DNA of 64,000 bases. It comes from an uncultured Myroides sp. (lineage in GTDB: Bacteria > Bacteroidota > Bacteroidia > Flavobacteriales > Flavobacteriaceae). Made by a program: the position numbers and the translations under genes. This document shows, in pieces, positions 59,004 to 64,000 of the stretch (positions are counted from its first letter, which is position 1; every line of letters starts with the position of its first letter). The notes below the pieces were generated by a model, which was not told the origin of the DNA, made no database searches, and worked only from the letters and a program-made list of their open reading frames with translations. Location: NCBI GenBank assembly GCA_913777665.1, contig CAJYTF010000031.1, positions 11,852-75,851 of the forward strand, written 5' to 3'.

Positions 59004-59092
59004 TGTCAAGCTGAACTTGATTCAGCTTCTCATTCTGAGTATAAGTATTTTTGAATTAATGTATGTGATTCCGGATCAAGCCCGGAATGACA
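59004..59092. repeat. Inverted doublet of TGTCA-hairpin units
   Basis: TGTCAAGCTGAACTTGATTCAGCTTC on +, TGTCATTCCGGGCTTGATCCGGAATC on -. Confidence 0.7.
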
Positions 59093-59116
59093 GCCTAACT
59101 AAAAATGACAATAAAT

Positions 59117-59148
59117 AAAAAACGCAAACCGAATGGTTTGCGTTTTTT
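59117..59148. terminator. Terminator downstream of metG
   Basis: AAAAAACGCAAACC-GAAT-GGTTTGCGTTTTTT. Confidence 0.75.
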
Positions 59149-59168
59149 GTTATTATAAAATAGTGAAA

Positions 59169-61229
59169 TTACCCAATTGTTGCGCCGTTATAAACTCCGG
59201 CTTCATCAGGGTTTACAAAGACCAGTTTGCCCTCTTTGGTTTCGGTTAGTAACAGCATTCCTTCGCTGTTCACTCCGCGTAAAGCTCTTGGAGCCAAGTT
59301 TACTAAAACGGTTACTTGTTTGCCAATGACTTCTTCTGGTGTAAAATGTTCTGCAATTCCTGAAACAATGGTACGCACATCAATTCCTGTATCAACCTTT
59401 AAAACTAATAATTTATTAGCTTTTGGCATTTTTTCGGCTTCAATAATGGTTCCTACACGTAAATCGATCTTTGCAAAATCTTCGAATTGTGTGGTTTCTT
59501 TTTGAGGTTCTGCCGTTTTTGCTTCGGCTGCATTTGCCAGTTTTGTAGCTTCCAATTTATCTATTTGTTTTTGAATTTCTTCGTCATCTATTTTTGCAAA
59601 CAATAATTCTGCCTGACCAATTTGGTGCCCTGCCGGAATTAAATTTGATGTTTCAGCCACTTTGTTCCAAGCAATAGCATCAGAAATATTCAACATGTTT
59701 TTAAGTTTCGCTGCCGAAAATGGTAAAAATGGTTCTGCCAAAGTCGATAATGCAGCAGCAATTTGTAATGCCACGTACATTTGTGTTTTTACGCGCTCTT
59801 CATCAGTCTTTATTAATTTCCAAGGTTCTTCATCAGCTAAATACTTGTTTCCTAAACGTGCTACGTTCATTAATTCGCCCAATGCTTCGCGGAAACGGTA
59901 GCGTTCAATTGAACTTTCAATTACTGCCGGATATGCTTTTAATTCTGCCAACGTTTGTCCATCAACTTCGTTAAAAGCATTTGGTGCAGGAATAATTCCG
60001 TTGTAATATTTATTGGTTAAAACCACTACGCGGTTAATGAAATTTCCGAAAATAGCAACCAATTCGTTATTATTTCTAGCCTGGAAATCTTTCCATGTAA
60101 AATCGTTGTCTTTGGTTTCAGGTGCATTTGCTGTTAACGTGTAGCGCAACACATCTTGTTTTTCAGGGAAATCAACCAAATATTCATTCAGCCAAACTGC
60201 CCAGTTTTTAGAAGTCGATAATTTATTTCCTTCTAAATTTAAAAACTCGTTTGCAGGTACGTTATCAGGTAAAATATAACTGCCTTCTGCCTTTAACATT
60301 GCTGGGAAAATAATGCAGTGAAACACAATATTGTCTTTTCCAATAAAATGAACCAATTTGGTGTCTTGATCTTTCCAATAAGGTTCCCAATCTTTTCCTT
60401 CGCGAGCAGCCCATTCTTTGGTCGATGAAACGTAGCCAATAGGAGCATCAAACCAAACGTACAGTTTTTTGCCTTCGGCACCATCAACAGGCACGTCAAT
60501 TCCCCAGTCTAAATCTCGAGTTACAGCACGCGGTTTCAAACCGTCGTCTAACCACGATTTTACTTGTCCATAAACATTCGGTTTCCAATCGTTTTTATGA
60601 CCTTCAATAATCCATTCGCGCAAAAAAGTATCGTACTGATCTAAAGGTAAAAACCAATGCTTGGTTTCCTTTAAAATAGGCGTAGAACCTGTTATGGTTG
60701 ATTTTGGATTGATTAAATCTGTAGCGTTTAACGATGTTCCGCATTTTTCACATTGATCGCCATATGCACCTTCGCTGTTACATTTTGGACATGTTCCGAT
60801 TACGAAACGATCTGCCAAAAACTGGTCTGCTTCGGCATCGTACAATTGCTCGGTAACTTCTTCGATAAACTTGCCTTCATCGTATAGTTTTCTAAAAAAA
60901 TCTGAAGCCGTATCATGATGAATCTTAGCCGAAGTACGCGAATAATTATCAAACGAAATTCCGAATTCCTGAAAAGAATCGCTAATGATTTTGTTGTATT
61001 TATCGATCACTTCTTGCGGAGAAATGCCTTCTTTTTTGGCTTTCATAGAAATTGCCACTCCGTGTTCGTCGCTTCCGCAAATAAAAGCAATGTCTTTATT
61101 TTGCTGACGTAAAAAACGAGCGTAAATATCGGCAGGAACGTAAACGCCCGCCAAATGCCCAATATGTATAGGTCCGTTGGTGTACGGCAAAGCCGCTGTA
61201 ACGGTATATCGTTTAGGATTTTGAATCAT
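59169..61229 (-). CDS. metG: Methionine--tRNA ligase
   Basis: HIGH, KLSTS (KMSKS-like), Zn knuckle, C-terminal tRNA-binding domain. Confidence 0.97.
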   Translation of the reverse strand: MIQNPKRYTVTAALPYTNGPIHIGHLAGVYVPADIYARFLRQQNKDIAFICGSDEHGVAISMKAKKEGISPQEVIDKYNKIISDSFQEFGISFDNYSRTSAKIHHDTASDFFRKLYDEGKFIEEVTEQLYDAEADQFLADRFVIGTCPKCNSEGAYGDQCEKCGTSLNATDLINPKSTITGSTPILKETKHWFLPLDQYDTFLREWIIEGHKNDWKPNVYGQVKSWLDDGLKPRAVTRDLDWGIDVPVDGAEGKKLYVWFDAPIGYVSSTKEWAAREGKDWEPYWKDQDTKLVHFIGKDNIVFHCIIFPAMLKAEGSYILPDNVPANEFLNLEGNKLSTSKNWAVWLNEYLVDFPEKQDVLRYTLTANAPETKDNDFTWKDFQARNNNELVAIFGNFINRVVVLTNKYYNGIIPAPNAFNEVDGQTLAELKAYPAVIESSIERYRFREALGELMNVARLGNKYLADEEPWKLIKTDEERVKTQMYVALQIAAALSTLAEPFLPFSAAKLKNMLNISDAIAWNKVAETSNLIPAGHQIGQAELLFAKIDDEEIQKQIDKLEATKLANAAEAKTAEPQKETTQFEDFAKIDLRVGTIIEAEKMPKANKLLVLKVDTGIDVRTIVSGIAEHFTPEEVIGKQVTVLVNLAPRALRGVNSEGMLLLTETKEGKLVFVNPDEAGVYNGATIG

Positions 61230-61297
61230 GACTGTATGGTTTTCAGCCTACAAAAATAGTGAAAAATAGAGAGATTTTTTGTATGAATTTTAAGAAA

Positions 61298-62122
61298 CTA
61301 CCAATTGGTTACCAGCAAATTTTTGGCAGCTTTTTCGGAACATTTTTGAAATTTTGAATAGGCTTTTGCAGCTCTGTTGCGTATTTGCTGATTGTCTTCG
61401 TTATTAATATATCCTGAAATGGCATCGTGAACAATGTAAGCTTCTGGAGCCATTAAATTGGTTGACCATACCAACGGATTTACATTTGCATCTGCTAAAT
61501 GAGGAGAGAAAAAGCGTTTGCTATAACATGCCAAAATAATTACATCTCGCTTTTTATTGTCGGTATTTTTGAAAGATTCCGAAAGTTGAAAATCCATTAA
61601 ACCATCGTGCCCAATATAAGAAATTAAACTAGAATTACCCGAAATACCAATGGTTTCGTTGTTGATGTTTAAGGTGTCTTTAATAATTCCCGAGCTGCTT
61701 TTTAAAAAGTCTATTGTGCATTCTTTGATATATTTTCCATCGTACGCATCGGCTACCAAATAATAATCTTTTGATAGATGCTTAAAAATTACTCTTTCTA
61801 ATACAATGTCATTTATGTTTTTTTCGGATTTTAAAAACTTCCACTCTTTACTTTTTTTAAAGTACGATCGAATTCCGTAAGCGCAACCCCAATACAAATT
61901 ATTGTCGGGATCTTGTCCGTTACCAATTTTAGCAGGCACAGGTACAATACCTTGGTATTTGTTATCGCAAAGCGCTACAAAAATATGAATTGTTTTACTT
62001 GACCCTTCAAACGATACTGCGCTATTTTTGATGTTCTTGCCTACTTCGGCTTTTGTAATTAGTTTGCTTTCTTCTTTACATGAAAAAAGTGCTAATGATA
62101 TGATTATCAAAAGTGTTCTCAT
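61298..62122 (-). CDS. Hypothetical lipoprotein, possible clan CD-like peptidase fold
   Basis: Lipobox FSC-KEE; ISYIGHDG and VIILACYS motifs. Confidence 0.6.
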   Translation of the reverse strand: MRTLLIIISLALFSCKEESKLITKAEVGKNIKNSAVSFEGSSKTIHIFVALCDNKYQGIVPVPAKIGNGQDPDNNLYWGCAYGIRSYFKKSKEWKFLKSEKNINDIVLERVIFKHLSKDYYLVADAYDGKYIKECTIDFLKSSSGIIKDTLNINNETIGISGNSSLISYIGHDGLMDFQLSESFKNTDNKKRDVIILACYSKRFFSPHLADANVNPLVWSTNLMAPEAYIVHDAISGYINNEDNQQIRNRAAKAYSKFQKCSEKAAKNLLVTNW

Positions 62123-62178
62123 ATTTTTTCTTCTAAATTTTGATACTAAAATAGTAAAAAAACATGATGAATTTCATA

Positions 62179-62412
62179 TCATATTTTTTTAGTCCAACGT
62201 ATTCCTACTATCCATAAAATAATATTTATAAATGTTTGAATAATGAAGAAAAGCATATATCCAACACTGTATCCTATTTCATAAGAGTTTGAATTAGTAT
62301 TAAAAATGGCAAGCAGTTTTTTTACAAATTGTGGTATAAGTGCAATAATTGCTAACGTTAAAATTACTGCAATAACAATAAAGAGATAACCAAATATTTT
62401 TTTAGTCGTCAT
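62179..62412 (-). CDS. Small hypothetical membrane protein
   Basis: 77 aa with two TM helices; start overlaps the end of the upstream gene. Confidence 0.55.
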   Translation of the reverse strand: MTTKKIFGYLFIVIAVILTLAIIALIPQFVKKLLAIFNTNSNSYEIGYSVGYMLFFIIQTFINIILWIVGIRWTKKI

Positions 62413-62857
62413 TTGTTACTCTTTTCACCTGAATTATATTGTCTTTATTTTCATCATCAAAATTTGTATCACGCACACCATCCAAACTTAAAATCATTAA
62501 AAAATTATTTTCATTTATTGGCTTGATAGTACCTAAAATTCGTCCTTTTTCATCATTATCCATAATAGCAATTAAATCAATTTCCATTGGATTTTTGTCT
62601 GTGTTTATAGAATATTTAAGTTCACCTTTTTTACCATTATTTTTTCCACCTTTAACTATAAAATTTTTCCCGTCAATAAACTCTCCATTAATTGAGATTG
62701 AAATGTAATTATCTTCTGAAAAAATTATAGGGTTTTGGTTATTTAAATGATCAAACGCTATCCAACTTCCTACGAAATCATTTTCTGTGTTTTGAGCATT
62801 AGAATTTGTGCTAACAAAAATGAAAGCAATCAATAAAAATTTTAAAATTAATCTCAT
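62402..62857 (-). CDS. Hypothetical secreted protein
   Basis: Signal peptide; FVGSW; lipocalin-like pattern. Confidence 0.6.
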   Translation of the reverse strand: MRLILKFLLIAFIFVSTNSNAQNTENDFVGSWIAFDHLNNQNPIIFSEDNYISISINGEFIDGKNFIVKGGKNNGKKGELKYSINTDKNPMEIDLIAIMDNDEKGRILGTIKPINENNFLMILSLDGVRDTNFDDENKDNIIQVKRVTNDD

Positions 62858-62881
62858 GTTTTTTTTTGGGAAAATACAAAA

Positions 62882-62915
62882 AAAACCTGCAAGATTTTAA
62901 AATCTTACAGGTTTT
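62882..62915. repeat. Palindrome (ACCTG/CAGGT-type), likely terminator
   Basis: AAAACCTGCAAGATTTTAAAATCTTACAGGTTTT. Confidence 0.65.
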
Positions 62916-62957
62916 CATTTATCTATTTTGTCTAAAAGCTAAAGACTAAAAACTTAA

Positions 62958-63476
62958 TTATGGTAATGGTTGACCAACCGATACATCGCAGCGGTGACCT
63001 GGTTGTCCGTGCGCTGGGTTTGGTTTTCCTTTCATTCCCGGAGCCGTTTCTTGTTTAGGCATTTGCTGTTGTGGCGCTGCTTGTTGTGCCGGAGCTTGTG
63101 CTTGTGTGTTACCGCCGCCTAAAAAACCACCTTGACTTGGTTGTGCTGCCGGTGCAGAAGTTTGTCCTGCTCCCTGACCTGGAGGCGAGTTTAATGGTGC
63201 GCCAACAGGAATATCGCAACGGTGACCTGGCTGTCCGTGTGGTGGGTTCATACCTGCTGCTGTTTTTGTATCTGCTGCTGTAGTTGTTGTAGTTGCTGCT
63301 CCATGATCGTGGTCGTGACCTTCGCCTGGTGCATGGTTATGACCTGCATGCGGATCTACCGGAGCTGCGTCTGTTGTAGTTGTTGTTTCGGTTGTTGTAG
63401 TAGGTTCTGCTTTTTTATCGTTACAAGAAACCAAACCTAATGCAGCAAATAATGCAATAATTGTTATTTTTTTCAT
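62958..63476 (-). CDS. His-rich lipoprotein with two NPxHGQPGHRCD repeats
   Basis: Start MKKITII; lipobox VSC; HAGHNHAPGEGHDHDH. Confidence 0.8.
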   Translation of the reverse strand: MKKITIIALFAALGLVSCNDKKAEPTTTTETTTTTDAAPVDPHAGHNHAPGEGHDHDHGAATTTTTAADTKTAAGMNPPHGQPGHRCDIPVGAPLNSPPGQGAGQTSAPAAQPSQGGFLGGGNTQAQAPAQQAAPQQQMPKQETAPGMKGKPNPAHGQPGHRCDVSVGQPLP

Positions 63477-63516
63477 GATTTTTGATCTATTAAAGTAACA
63501 AATATAAACATTTTGT

Positions 63517-64000
63517 TTAAAAAAATGCACGTAATTGAATACTTCCTGTATGAATGGTTTTTGCGGTTTCGCTGGTTCTGCCTTGATAACTTATGTTAGC
63601 ATCTAAATACTTGGTTAAATTGCGTTGAAACAACAATCGCCATGTAATGTTTTTGCCAGGTTGTAAACCTTCTAGCATCTGGTAAGCCACAGCCGACAAA
63701 GGATTCCCAACGAATTTGTTGTTGTAAAGCGAAAATTCTCCGTTCAATGTAAATTTCTGCGAAGTACTCCAATTAAATGCCGTTCCAATGCGGTGTTGTT
63801 GCAACGTTTCCAAATCGCCTTGAACATTTTCTTTATCCTTCCATTCATAAAATAATTCTACTCGGGCATTTTGCGAAAACAGATAACTGATTCGGGGATT
63901 AATGCTTAAATTATTCAGCAGATAATTTTTAGATCCGTAATTTTCTGAAACACTTTCAACTCGATCGAATTTATTGGTTAACTGCGCCAGCCACCACTTG
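63517..64000 (-). CDS. 3' end of a large outer-membrane beta-barrel-like protein; 5' part outside window
   Basis: Frame open to the window end (KWWLAQLTNK...); alternating beta strands; ends QLRAFF. Confidence 0.7.
   Translation of the reverse strand, partial: KWWLAQLTNKFDRVESVSENYGSKNYLLNNLSINPRISYLFSQNARVELFYEWKDKENVQGDLETLQQHRIGTAFNWSTSQKFTLNGEFSLYNNKFVGNPLSAVAYQMLEGLQPGKNITWRLLFQRNLTKYLDANISYQGRTSETAKTIHTGSIQLRAFF

Noticed and set aside
58917-59148. Hairpin cluster as a CRISPR array or tRNA
   Set aside because: No identical direct repeats with unique spacers, no cas genes, and no cloverleaf or T-loop motif.
1962-63440. Numerous 60-220 aa ORFs antisense or out of frame within long genes (e.g. 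4677-5303, 26502-27155, 40109-40603, 35012-35437)
   Set aside because: They lie inside well-supported genes and show no motifs; typical shadow ORFs.

Overview
AT-rich bacterial chromosomal segment, most likely from a Flavobacteriaceae genome (Flavobacterium/Paenimyroides/Myroides-like). This rests on gldH, TAnnTTTG promoter elements and Bacteroidota-type lipoproteins. I found no rRNA, tRNA, CRISPR array, integrase or transposase. Core genes: rnr, rpiB, tex, two tatA, purD, ricT-gldH-PBP1A, scoAB, rlmI, ssb, metG. Other blocks: (i) a GH3 ligase / DUF6909 / Wzx-Wzy polysaccharide run ending at purD; (ii) a TonB-dependent receptor with two surface lipoproteins and a divergent secreted EEP nuclease, probably a nucleic-acid utilisation locus; (iii) a small decayed accessory patch at about 23.0-24.6 kb; (iv) a 3.5-kb accessory block at about 46.95-50.5 kb holding a frameshifted gene, an orphan gene tail and an R2K-type ATP-grasp gene; (v) dispersed GTCA-prefixed REP-like palindromes. 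The best leads are the putative DNA-scavenging locus, a helically phased 10-bp repeat array upstream of ssb, an AMP-nucleosidase-like fold in DUF6909 downstream of GH3, and a lipoprotein with a caspase/gingipain-like His-Cys pattern. Family assignments come from motif recognition, not database searches.
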